Both the position numbers and the translations under genes were made by a program. DNA of 64,000 nt, from the NCBI RefSeq assembly GCF_036321535.1, contig NC_087444.1, positions 18,476,001 to 18,540,000 on the forward strand. Direction: 5' to 3'. The DNA is from Camelus dromedarius (lineage: Eukaryota). Positions 12,001 through 23,662 of this stretch are shown here, one piece after another. The notes under the pieces were generated by a model. The model made no database searches. It was given only the letters and a program-made list of their open reading frames with translations, and was not told where the DNA came from. The first letter of the stretch is position 1. Each line of letters starts with the position of its first letter.

Positions 12001-13585
12001 ACTGCCACTTCTTTTGCTACTTCTCATCATTTCCTCCAGTTTTCACCAAGATGAAAATAAAGCCAGAAAGCCTAGGTACTCTTTCTTCAAAAATCCTGCC
12101 CTTAACTCTGTCTCACCATGACCTTCTTTTAGTCTGAATCTTTTCAATATGAAGCTTTATATTCAGCTATACAAATTTTCTTAGTTTCATCACTGGTTGC
12201 TTGTCTCCCAGAAGTTTATTTTTAAAAGGGATTTATTTTTAAAAAAAAGCATATAAAATTTCCCCTGTAGTTTGAAGCTTATCAAAGGCCAGGATAGCAA
12301 CTTCTCTACACTTGTGTGACCCACAGAGCTTCACATGGTTTTGAGCAACACCTAAAATAGCTCTACTGGGATAAAGTGGTTAGGCTTTGGTGAGAGATCC
12401 ACTCTGACTTGGTTCCTCACTGCATCAGTTACTCCAGATCTCTTGCCTGGCACGGTCTCTGCTTGTCTCTGGCTGGGCACCTTCGCTATGGCAGGAGCAG
12501 ATGGGCATTCCCTACGGGGAGTTCTAGGAACCTGGCAAAGTGTACATCCCTGAAGGCTGCTTCCCAATCAACAGGGCTATTGTTGTAAAAGGAATGGTGC
12601 TCTTACTGAGACACAGAGTCCATCTGCAAAGAGCTGCAATGGCCAGGAAAAAAATGACCTCCTTTATCTCTAGAATAGACTGTTTCTCCTTTTAGAAATA
12701 GACGCAGAGGCTTATAAAATACCTCTAACAAAACTTATTTGCTTTGGTCAAGTTTTCACATCATCCACAGCAGGAAAGTCCCCGACCCATCTTCCAATCA
12801 GCTTCTTGTCACTACAGCATTCTGAGACCTCATCATGCTCTTCAATTCAGACCTTGTGAGCTTCACAGTCAGCTTCCCACATAGCACACAGGGACTCATA
12901 CTCTGCCTTGGTTTCAGAAACAATCCTCAAGAGGCAAAGGTCAACTGATAACTTGCAACCAAAGCAACTTACAAGCTTTTTTTAAAATAGAGAGTTGGAA
13001 ATCTTGGTGAGGCTTGGCATCTTGTTCAAAATATGATCAAATCTAAAGTCTCGTCTTTCATTTGATTGCTCATTCAGTTTTCATTCATTTATTCACTTAA
13101 TGAATATTTAGGAGATCTGTATGCATACAAGAGAGTGGGGAAGAGAGGAGCTACAGACATGAACAACAAATTGTCCTCCTTCAGTGACCCTGTATTTCAG
13201 TAGGGAAGGTAAGTACACAAACAACTCTAAGACCATTTGTGATAAGACCATAAATGTGATGCAAACAAAATTATGAGAAGACAGTCAGCGTCAGGAAAAA
13301 AAATTATGAGAAGTCAAAGATCACTTCTTACTTGGATTACCTGGATAGCCTTCATGGTGGATGTGACATTTGAGCTAGTCTTGAAGATGTCTGTAGAGCC
13401 TGAGAGAAAGCAATATGAAACACAGAACAGTAGGAGGAGGGTAGCATACTGCGTCTCAGTTTGACTGAACTTTTGGTTATGTGGAGAGAGTCTTGGTCCG
13501 TAACGCTAAGAAGAGGGGCTGGGGTCAGACCCTGGGGGACTTTGCATACCAGGTGGAAAATGGGATGGGAAATGGAAAACCACTG

Positions 13586-13742
13586 TTTTTTTAAAAAAAC
13601 AACTTTATTGAGGTAGTATTGTCATACAATAAACTACACATTTCAAAGTGTACACTTTGATAAGTTTTGGCACATGTATATACTCATGAAACTATCACCA
13701 CAATCAAGATAACGAATATATCCAATTACCTTCCAAAGTTCT
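13586..13742 (-). mobile_element. L1MB-type 3' end
   Basis: aactttattgaggtagtattgtcatacaataaactacacatttcaaagtgtaca... Confidence 0.8.
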
Positions 13743-14865
13743 GCTGAAAGAGTTTAAGGGAATGGCAACCAAAGCAATGCTTTGGGAAAATGATTCAAAA
13801 AAAATAAATAAATGCCCCCTTCTGATGAATTTTTTGAAAGTCTCAAAATCTCCTTCAGTGGAATGTAATACCTCAAAATGAATTATACCATATCTAAAAA
13901 TGAATCAAAACAAGGGACAAAGAACTCACAGGTTTGGCCAATTTGGTGGCAAAAACAGGACAGACTGGAATGGGGCAAGCTTGCAACAGGACAATCAGCT
14001 GAATGCATAACTTGGAGGCTTTCCCACTGGTCCAAGCAGGTGGTAATAAACTCTTGTAGGGAGAATCAGAACAAAAAGGAAGGAGTAAGTAAAAAGACTA
14101 ACTGGGGGAGTAGGCCTGGAAAGAGGGAGACGTGACAGGTTTGGGGCTAGTTGGATGGCACTCTGGAGAAGTGTAGGGATAAGAAAGGTACACAGAAATA
14201 AAGAATTAGAGTTTGCGGGTATGGATCTAGAAAGAAGGGGAATAAGCCAGATCTAAGAATCACCCACATTGGAGTAAAAGGTTAAATAAGATTGGCTTCC
14301 CTTTGTGAGAGACAGAGTTAATGGAGATAAAAAAAAGTCAAGCTGGAACTTTATGAACTCCAAATCACAGGGGTTCCAAATTGTTTAAGCAGTGCTTAAA
14401 ATATTCCAGGCACTTGGCTAAACCCTTCACAAAGTGTATTGTATCATTTATCCCTCAGAGTAATCCTATTGTGGAAACATGGGCACAAAGGAATTGGATT
14501 ATTTACCTGATGTCACATGATTAGGCTATGTGAAACTAAGTTGTTAACATCAGACAATCTGCATGCATTCTTGATCTCTGGGCTACAGTGTCTTCTTCCT
14601 GCAGCCCAGTCACTTCAGCTCTCCTAGGATAGGGTGGCCCTGCAACAAACACAACACCCAGGCCAGAGCTTCCGTACCCATTGCCTTGTGTAATCCCCAG
14701 GGGCACCGTATTCTCTGTCTCAAGATACTATAGTACACTTGGAGCTAGATTCACAGTCGGATGTTTTGTGGGCAACACAGCATGAAAAAGGGAGCTGGTA
14801 TGGCTAAGAGGGGAAAGAAAAGAAAAAGAGGAGGCTGCTGGCCTCTACCACTTATATTCAATTTA

Positions 14866-15232
14866 TTTTTTTCCAGTTTTGTTGAGATATAATTGACATA
14901 TAACATTGTGTAAGTTTAAGGAATATAACATAATGATTTGATATACATATATATTGCAAAATGACTACCATAACAAAGTTAGTTAACATACCACCTCACA
15001 TAGCTGCAATGTGTGTATGTGTGGTAAGAACTTTAAAAATCTATTCTCTTAGCAACTTTCAAATACACACTACAGTATTGTTAACTATAGTCACCACGCT
15101 GTACATTACCTCCCCAGAAGTTTTTCATCTTATAACTGGAAGTCTGTACCCTTTGACCACCTTAACCTATTTCCCCACCCCGCCTCAACCCCATGCCCCT
15201 GGCAACCACCAATCTGTTCTCTGTTTCTGTAC
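14866..15232 (-). mobile_element. L1MA-type 3' end
   Basis: ttgagatataattgacatataacattgtgtaagttt...tcttagcaactttcaaatacac...gtcaccacgctgtacatt. Confidence 0.85.
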
Positions 15233-16080
15233 CATTCAGTTTAGATTGCACTTGCTGGGAATTAGTTCAAATGCAGAGACAGAAGAATTTCATTTCATGA
15301 ACAGAACAGCATTAGTCAAAGTGAAAATAATGATTTTGCCTAAGAGGTCAAAAACCACAAAACTCACCATATTGAGTTTACAGTAATGAAAGGGACAAAG
15401 GAATGCATCAAGTGTCTTAAATTGGTAGCAAAAAAAAACCAAAAAAAACAAAAAACCTAATTTCTATTAAAGAGAACATGAAATCTCATTTCTGAATTAC
15501 TAACCTATTGTGATTTATCTAAGAATAGAGAAAATAGTATAACTTGAAAAAGTTAAAATATATCAGCAACCCTACATTTTATTTCTGTGCATTGAGGGGA
15601 GCCTAATGGCTGGCTGAAGGGAGGGGAAGTGGTTAGCTTTGTAAAACTTTAGCCAAAGCCATTAACACCTCTCTTAAAAAGTAGATACAGCAATGCTTTT
15701 CTTCTTGATGTTAGGTAGGCTGTCTGGTTTGGGGGCTCAGAGATGAAGCAGTCTCTACCTAATGATTGCCTGCTAACCTACGAGATTAAGAACTGTTATG
15801 AGATACACAGACCATGGAAACCGTATGCTTTGCTTTCAGTCCCTTCCAATCATTTGTGGCAGGGCCAAGGAAATGAATATCCTCTATAATGTGCAGAGTC
15901 ACAGAGCTCTCTGATTTGCCAAAGGTCCTAGAAAAAGTGTGGACTATGCAAGAACCAACAAATGCTCAGGCTAAATTCTGAAAGAAGAGTTATCCTATCC
16001 ACAATTCCATTTGGCAGGAACTGTCAGGATTGCAACAGAGCTTAAGTTACTCAAGGAGAAGTGTTCACTTAGCTTTAGAG

Positions 16081-16302
16081 CAGGGGTCTGCAAACTTAAA
16101 GGCCAGACAGTAAATATTTTAAGCTTTACAGGACAGGCCATATGGTGTCTGCCATAAAATGACTCAACTCTGCCGCTGCAATGCTAACACAGCCATAGAT
16201 AATATGCAAACAAGTGAGTGCAGCTGCATTCTAATAAAGCTTTAATTAAAAAAAAAAAAAGCAGGCTGATTTGGCCTATGGGCTGAACTTTGCCAACACC
16301 TG
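16081..16302. mobile_element. MER58A-like hAT-Charlie MITE
   Basis: caggggtctgcaaac...tttgccaacacctg termini; 8-bp flanks ctttagag / ctctaaag. Confidence 0.85.
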
Positions 16303-16310
16303 CTCTAAAG

Positions 16311-16485
16311 CGATGGTTCCCAAATTTTATATGTTCATTAGAATCACCAGTGGAACTGATTAAAAAGGTAGGATCTTAGGCCCCAGCCCACTCCTATAGG
16401 ATCAGAATCTCTAGGGATGGGGCCTGGAGATCAGCAACATATAAGGTCCACAAGTGGTATGTGAAATATACTTTGAAAAACACTG
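16311..16485. mobile_element. MER5A-like hAT MITE
   Basis: cgatggttcccaaatt...agaatcacc...ctttgaaaaacactg. Confidence 0.75.
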
Positions 16486-17130
16486 TGGTGTGTAGCTTCA
16501 TCTAAGCCGGGACGGCCCTACTGTCCTACATGTGGGCCAGCACTTCCTGCATCCTGTGGCAATAAAAATGCAGTAACTGTTATCTCTCTCTTTGGCCTTT
16601 CTAGTAGAAGGGCAGATGAACAACTGCTCTTTTTTGCTTCTAACCTTGAAAATACATAAAATAATTCAGCTCAGGTGAAATTAACATGAAATTTTGGTTA
16701 TAAACTTAAAAAGAAAATCCTCAACTTAAAATAAAATTTTCCAACCAAAGATCTCCCTGAAATCCTTAATACTGCAAAATTAGTAGATAAAATCCTTACC
16801 AAAGGGCAGGGCAAAATCTGCAGAATGGTTTCCTGTTGCCTGGAACTCCACTACTGACAAGTCATTACCTTGCCTCTGGAGGTCTCTGCTTCAACAAAAC
16901 TTCATTAAAACTCACATAAGAACAGAAAGTATAAAATCTCTGTAGACCTCTGGGAGTCGCTCCTAACTTTAACAATCAGCAGAAGATAGATTATTCAGTC
17001 AAGTTCAGTTCTGTCCAAAAGAAAGTGTGTTTTGATTTGGCTGTTCTTCTGTTTTAATTGCCAGAAATCAATCACCCGATCAGTCAAAGAAGACGTCCTG
17101 TTCAGGCTGGAAAACAGCTCCACCTCTTCT

Positions 17131-17148
17131 TCAGCTCTCCAGGTTTTC
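17131..17148 (-). CDS. BCL2L15: BCL2L15 (Bfk) exon 4
   Basis: Acceptor tccttcctag|GAAAACCTGGAGAGCTGA = ENLES*, matching the human C-terminus. Confidence 0.93.
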   Translation of the reverse strand, partial: ENLES

Positions 17149-17590
17149 CTAGGAAGGACAATGAACATCCTACAGTCAAGGGGATGGTCTTCAGGAACTC
17201 CCTAAAGAAACCAGAATGATGCGCAGATACCTTCAGGGAGTGCAGCTCTTGCTAAGGCTTCTGCTGATTACTAAGACACGGGCTGAGAATGCCCCCTATT
17301 GTTATCACTAGAGCAGATGTCGATAAACTGTTTGTTAGGTAAAGTAAGATAATTCTGAACTTCCTCAACACATACCCAAAGATGTTAGGGAAAGAAGATG
17401 CAGAAATTTACCAGGGAACAGAGCAAAGTCAGGCTGAGATTAGAACTCCACCATCAATGTACTTCACAGATGATTAGGTGGAGGAAGTGGAAATTAGCTT
17501 GCAGAGTTAGCAGTCAACATTTCAGGCAGCCTGACTCTGGAGTCCAAGACCTACCAGCTGGAGCTTCTGACTGCTCCCCTTTTCCATGGC

Positions 17591-17615
17591 AAAAAAAAAA
17601 AAAAAAAAAAAAAAA
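17591..17615. repeat. A25 homopolymer in BCL2L15 intron 3
   Basis: Seen directly. Confidence 0.95.
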
Positions 17616-17757
17616 GCCTGGCATTTTCAGCGAGGTTGGAAAGTCTGTTATCCTAAGTGGTTTCCAACTGACAGAAAGAATCATGAACTGGAGTTCAAGG
17701 TATTAGTACAAAAACAGTGCAAATGCCTAGCAAAGCCAGGGGCCCCAAAATACTTAC

Positions 17758-17982
17758 CCAACCTCCCTGGCCCTGGATGTACTCTCGGATGGCACTGTTC
17801 CCATTGATCATATTTGTCATGGGCATAGCCACCTGTCTTGCCATATCAGGAGCCATGCGGACTACACATTCAAGAAGTTTCACTGACACTGCCAGAAAGG
17901 CTCTCTCATAAGCCAAGCTGGAATCCTGAGCACACCAGGCCTTGCTGAGAGATTTTACTGTGTCCTGAAGTATAGCTCCTGC
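17758..17982 (-). CDS. BCL2L15: BCL2L15 exon 3 (BH2 region)
   Basis: ctttccccag|[37 protein letters not shown]...IQGQGGW|gtaagt; 225 nt. Confidence 0.97.
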
Positions 17983-18062
17983 CTGGGGAAAGACACAGGA
18001 TTTATCAGTGGAGTATCACTAAAGAAGTGCAGGAGGCTGCAGGTGCAGGAATCCAGTTAAGC

Positions 18063-18348
18063 AAGTGTTTCTCAAAGAGTGGCAGGTGTACATTGGTTGA
18101 ATCTGAGGTAATCTTAGGGAGTAGATGGATAAACTTTTCTCATTTTAATATTTTAAAATTTATTGTAATGGGTATTAGGAAAAAAACATAAGCCCATCAG
18201 ACTCACAATTTCAGATATTATTGCTTAGGATGAACAAAATGATTAAAAGAAAAACAAGATGATTTGAAAGAAAAATATTAAGTACATGATAGTGTAGCTG
18301 GTCAAATTGTGAAGGTATGGCTTAAATGCCTGAAGTCTGGGAAACTCT
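18063..18348. mobile_element. hAT-Charlie-type MITE (subfamily uncertain)
   Basis: caagtgtttctcaaa...tctgggaaactct termini. Confidence 0.55.
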
Positions 18349-18689
18349 AAAGTAAAAAAAATAGATCAGTTTTTCCTCTTCCTCTTTCCTTCCCCAAAAG
18401 TTTGGTCCAAAAGCCTTTAGGTGGGGTCGAGCAAGATCTATTGTGGTAAAGCTTTGGGAGCCCAGTGTGGTCAGAGCCAGGTGTCAGAACCCAAACAAGC
18501 TGAGACGGGCAGCCACATGAGGGGACCTAGATCCTGGTTTCCAAGTATTGCTCTCCATTCAAAGAAACCAGAGCTCCCTAGAGAACAGCTCATTTCAGGC
18601 TCAGGCCTTGAGAATACAAGATCTCCTGTCAGAAATTAAGGAAGTACTCAGAGAATGACAGGGACATGGCAAAGACACAGTCCTGATTG

Positions 18690-19740
18690 AAAGGATTCCT
18701 ACTGGCCAAAGCTGGGGCAATTTGAGCATACAAATAAATAATGATAATAAGATTATAGCCCATTGAATAAAGCAGGAATTCATGAGTCTGTGTTGATATA
18801 CAAAATAAATAAATAAATAGATTAAAATTTTGATGAGCTATGGGATATTTACATGGTTTCAAAGTACCACCCTACCAAACACTTACTAATTAAAGGGGAA
18901 AAGATTAACTTGACAATGGAGGAGCCTTGCAGACACCACCTTACTGGTTAAAGTTAACACCAGTACAGGGACAAACTGCAATCTGTGCTCCTTGATAGGA
19001 TGCAGTGAGACAAACACAGCAACACTTCTGTGATACTCCTTCCAAAGAGATATCCTATATCCACTCAAGAGGAAACACCAAATGAACCCAAGTTAAGGGA
19101 CAGTCTACAAAATAATTGGCCCATTATCTTCAAGCGTCAAGGTCATAAAAATCAAGGAAAGACTGATGAACTCTTCCAGACTTAAGGAGACTAAAGAAAC
19201 ATGGCAACTAAATTCAGTGTCTGATTCTGGCCTAGTTCCTTCCACTGTACAGTTGACCCATCAACAACTCGGAAGTTAGGGGCAACAACCCACTGTGTAG
19301 TAGAAACCCACGTATAACTTTACAGTCAGCCCTCTGTATCTGTGTGTAGTTCCACATCTGCAGATTCGACCAACTGCAGATCGTGTAGTATTTACTGAAA
19401 AATACTAATAGTATTTTCAAAATATGTACTTATTTACTGATAAAAATCTGTATACAAGTGGACACTCACAGTTCAAACCTGTGTGGTTCAAGGGTTAGCT
19501 GTAAGTGAAAGTGACATTATTGGGACAACTGAGAAAACCTGAATGGGATCTGAGGACGAGAATGATAATGTATCAGTGCTAATTTCCTGGTTTTGATGGT
19601 TAGATTGCAGTTACATCTACACATATATATAAAAGTATTAGGGGGTGATGAAACATCACGTTGGCTACTTACTCTCAAATGATTCAACTCTTCTATGAGT
19701 TTGAAGCTGTTTCCAAAATTTTTTTAATTAAAAAAAAAAT
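18690..19740 (+). mobile_element. L1MC-type 3' region interrupted by a Tigger MITE
   Basis: ggaattcatgagtc...aaaggggaaaagattaacttgacaatggag...ttggctacttactctcaaatgattc. Confidence 0.7.
19250..19501. mobile_element. Tigger2-family MITE with TA TSD
   Basis: TA-cagttgacccatcaacaac ... gtgtggttcaagggttagctg-TA inverted termini. Confidence 0.85.
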
Positions 19741-19888
19741 TAAACTCAGTAGATTCAGCTATCAGCTACCTAGGAAAGCTTCAGTGCAAGCAATTAGGTG
19801 TGATAAGTCCCTTTCTGCCAGAATAGGCATATCACCCAAGCTGTATTCCATAGGAAGATACAGCATAATGGTTAAGGGTGTGGTTCTG

Positions 19889-20105
19889 CACAGAGATACA
19901 GAGAACAAACTGGTGGTTATCGGAGGGGAAGGGAGGTGGGGCAAGGGCAAAATGGGTAAAGGGGTCAATTGCATGGTGACAGATGGAAACTAGACTTTTG
20001 GTGGTGAGCATGCTATGGTGTATACAGAAGCAGACATTATAATGTTGTACACATGAAACTTAGATAATGTTACAAACCATTGTTACCTCAATTTTTTTAA
20101 AAAAA
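19889..20105 (+). mobile_element. L1MA-type 3' end inserted in a MIR
   Basis: gatacagagaacaaactggtggtt...gatggaaactagacttttggtggtgagc...gttacctcaat-A tail; MIR continues on both sides. Confidence 0.8.
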
Positions 20106-20717
20106 GTGTGATACTGGAATCAGTCTGGGTTCTTAACTTCAATACTAACTAAGTAATCTAATTACTTATTTCCCTATTCCTCAATTTCCTTATCTGCTTA
20201 AATGGATACCAAGTCAGAAAATACTTATTGAGGGCCTGTGGTTCTGTTCTAGGTTGTGTGATTACAGCAGTGAACAAGACAGGTTAGATGTTTGCTCTCA
20301 CGGTGTTATACACAGATGGAGAGAGGTTGCACAACAGATAATACTTTCTATAATACCTCGCAGAGTGGTGTAAGGGTTAAGTGAGATAAGAAGTATAAAG
20401 CATTTAGAATACTAGCTGGTACACAGTAAGTGATGAGTTAATATTAGCTGTCATTATTGATATTAATCAGCAACATCTTCTAGAACATTGTCTATGGTAT
20501 TTATATCCAATACAGAGTCCAGCATAGGGCTCGGATGGAAAGCCAGATACGCCCTAGTGGTGAGTACTTGTCCCTCATTGCATCAGACATGACAGCTGCC
20601 CATCCTTCCTGCATGTAATTTCATTGCTGAACCTTGAAAAAAAGACGCCCACTACCAGCAAAATAAATATTAAAACAGGTGTAGAAAAGGATAAAATGCT
20701 TTACCAAGAATAGAGTG

Positions 20718-20764
20718 ATATATATATGTGTATGTGTATGTGTGTGTGTGTGTGTGTGTGTATA
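20718..20764. repeat. (TA)n(TG)n microsatellite in BCL2L15 intron 2
   Basis: Seen directly. Confidence 0.95.
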
Positions 20765-21031
20765 AAGCACAGCTCTGGTAAAAAAACAAATGGAAATAAT
20801 CTGAAGGCTGATCAGCCTGTGCTAAAAAGCTCTCCACCTCAATACCACCTAGGCTTAGATTAACTCCTAAAGAATGGGCAATTGAAAATTTCTTGCTGTA
20901 TCTCTTTGGATGCATTAAGCCCCCAAATCTTTCACAGCACATTTCAGTCACAGTTGTATAGAACAGTAAGACAAGGGTGTCTGAAACAGAAAAAAGCAGC
21001 AAACAATAAAAAGAAGTAGTAGAAACTTGAC

Positions 21032-21153
21032 CTGTCCCCGGATGGTTTCTGTGATGACGTTTTTGGCAGAAGCTTCCAATTCTCCATTGAACTTGTCACC
21101 CAACATCCGAAGGCGACCGGCAATGATGGCCACGTCAAAACAGCTAGCCTCTC
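21032..21153 (-). CDS. BCL2L15: BCL2L15 exon 2 (BH3 motif [13 protein letters not shown])
   Basis: gttttag|GAGAGGCT...GGACAG|gtcaag; 122 nt, phase 1 to 0. Confidence 0.96.
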
Positions 21154-21463
21154 CTAAAACAGAGGGAACACATTTGTCACAGTGCTCGGAAGGATGGCAA
21201 GTCCCAGGAATCTGGGCACTGAGGAAAGTTCTCCAGACTTTTGAGCAATTTTGGCATTGCTCTCTCCCAAGAACACTTTCAATGTTCTGTCGACACCAAT
21301 AGTCAGAAAATTTCTCTTCCCTGGGAATCTCTTTCCCTTCTATAAAGACTTCAGATATTGCTGGAAGCTTAGAGTTCACCTTTTGAAACTTAAGAGGAAA
21401 TAAGAAAGCATATTCAGATTCTCTTATTGACCTGTAATTACCACCTCAGGCCGGAAGCCTTAC

Positions 21464-21590
21464 CTGAATCTGGTTCATCTACACCACACAGGCTCCGGTT
21501 GGCAACCTGCCGAGTGGTGCCTAAGAAGTCTGAGAGCAGAGAGTGCACGATGCATTCTGTTTGCTCCTCAAAAGTTCGGGGGCTCTTCAT
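21464..21590 (-). CDS. BCL2L15: BCL2L15 exon 1
   Basis: [43 protein letters not shown]|gtaagg; 127 nt. Exons sum to 492 nt = 163 aa + stop. Confidence 0.97.
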
Positions 21591-21860
21591 TTTAGATGTT
21601 TGTGGCCAAGTTTGGCTCTTCCACAAAAAGAAGCCGTTTTCAGCTCAGCAGGAAGTCAGAAACACTGGTAAACCAGATGTGTCTCCCTCTTGTAAAGTTG
21701 TTTAATGGGACATGTGGTCCTAGAGCCTCTCCTACCACCTGTCTTCAAAAACAGCTGCTCCGAAGGGTCATCTCTGAAGAACTCACCCACACAGAACTGC
21801 AGAGGTTCGTTGAAGACTTTCAGTTCCTTGTCTCAGAAGCACACCCAAGCCAGTCCCTAA

Positions 21861-21874
21861 GGTTAATGAATAAC
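21861..21874. promoter_or_regulatory. HNF1-type site upstream of BCL2L15
   Basis: GGTTAATGAATAAC vs consensus GGTTAATNATTAAC (1 mismatch). GATA-like AGATAG and CCAAT lie at 21885-21895. Confidence 0.55.
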
Positions 21875-23489
21875 ATTAATAGTTAGATAGCCAATCTAAA
21901 ACTGAAATAGAGATAAGGAACAGCCTCTTGGGTAATTTCATCAAGAAACTTCTCATTGGGTTCTGTGTATGGTGTAACCTAAGGAAGGATATTTTTGAAA
22001 TTATATTACACAAGCATTCAACTCCTGACTATGCATTTATTGCTCATAATCACGCATTGATCATCTACTGAGTACCCATTTGTAAGGAACTATACATACT
22101 TGGCACTGTAAATAACCCAGAAAAATGACACAGACATAGTTTAGTATGAACGATGGATATTAAATGCCTAATCACATAGTTTCTAGTGCTTATTGGGATA
22201 CAGTGTATTATTACCATATACAATAAGGAAACAAATGTAGGGGGTTAGGAAGGCTTCCTTGAAGTAGTAACATCTGAGATGAGCTCGGAAGGACAAGTAG
22301 GGATTCATTAGACAAAGGGTAGGAATAAGACCATTCTAGGTGGAGGAAATAGGATACACAAAAGCTGAGAAGGTGAATAAAAATTTGAGGAATTGTAAAT
22401 AGGAATAACACAAAGTGTTTCACAGGGAATTAATGAGGATTAAATAAGATAATGTTATGTGGAATGACCCATGCAGTAAGTGTTGAATGTCTTCCTTTTA
22501 AGCCCAAAGCCTGATGACCAAGATGAAAGGGATCTGGGATCTACTCTCTAATAGAATTAATTAGGATTTTCCTAACAGGGTTGGACTCCATCATTGTTTT
22601 ACAGTTTTGCAGGATTTGACACTTACCTTTGGTGGCTAACTTCTCAAGTAGCTACACCTAGATTTTGGATTTGTATCTCAGAAGCAGCATTCACACCTAT
22701 CAGCCCTTCCAGGATATTCTGACCTGGTGAACTAGTAAAAAAGTCAAGCATAAACAGTAAGTTAGTTGTTTAAAGTGGAATATCTATCTTGCAAAATAAT
22801 CAGAGCCAATCTTCTGTTTTCGATTCCATTCTAAAAAAACAAATGATCATAAATCCCTTTTGGACTAGGAACAGGAATTATGTAGCTAAAGGGCCATTTT
22901 TATTTGCCATTATCTATCACTAGGGCTGAAATTTCAGTTTCTATTAAGTAGCCTTCAGACCTCTAATGTCAGAAGGTCTCTCAGAGATAATTCTAGGCCA
23001 ACCTCCTTTCACAGTAGAGCTAGCCACTGACAATTTAAGGACTCCAACAAATACATTTACAACATACTCTCAGAATAATATACCAAAACAAGTAAGTTTA
23101 TAAAATGCCATCCAACTGGTGTTAAATAGCTTGCCCAAGGTAAGTGGCACAACAAAAATTTAAAACCTAGTCTGTCTTACCACAAAGAATAAACCTTTTC
23201 TCACAATAATAAACTACCTCCCTCATTTCAGTACTGATGTGCTTAAGGACAAATGCCATTGCAGGGATCTAATCTTTGCATTATCTTATCTATCCTTTGC
23301 ATTATCTTGTATAATCAATGTTGTAAGTTTATAGAAACAGAACATACCTTTCATAAGCACTGTGGAGTAAAATTTCCTCCTTTGCTTATTTCTCTCTGGG
23401 CCTCCAAGGTATCACCCTCCCAACCACCCCTTTCCCTTCCTCCTCAGCCCACATACCTTTCAGTCTTGTGGTTCAAATGTCATATTCTT

Positions 23490-23662
23490 GCGGAAAGGGT
23501 ACAGCTCAAGTGGTAGAGCGCAGGCTTAGCATGCATGAGGTCCTGGGTTCAACTACCAGTACCTCCTCTAAAAATAAGTAAATGAATAAACCTAATTCCT
23601 CTCCCCTCCCCCCAAAAACACCTTACTTTAAAAAAAAAAAAGGGAAGAAAGAAAGAAAAAAA
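23490..23662 (+). mobile_element. vic-1 type SINE with decayed TSD
   Basis: tRNA head and A tail; flanked by caaatgtcatattctt / caaataccatactcct. Confidence 0.88.

Noticed and set aside
14961-15386. 141-aa plus-strand ORF
   Set aside because: Antisense reading of an L1 3' end.
17398-17911. Plus-strand ORFs with poly-Lys
   Set aside because: Produced by the A25 run and by the antisense of BCL2L15 exon 3.
20547-20562. CTCF-like cgccctagtgg
   Set aside because: Two bases short of the core spacing (CCACTAGGGGGCGC).
21591-21626. In-frame upstream extension of BCL2L15 in the ORF track
   Set aside because: Starts at TTG in poor context; ATG 21590 matches the known start.
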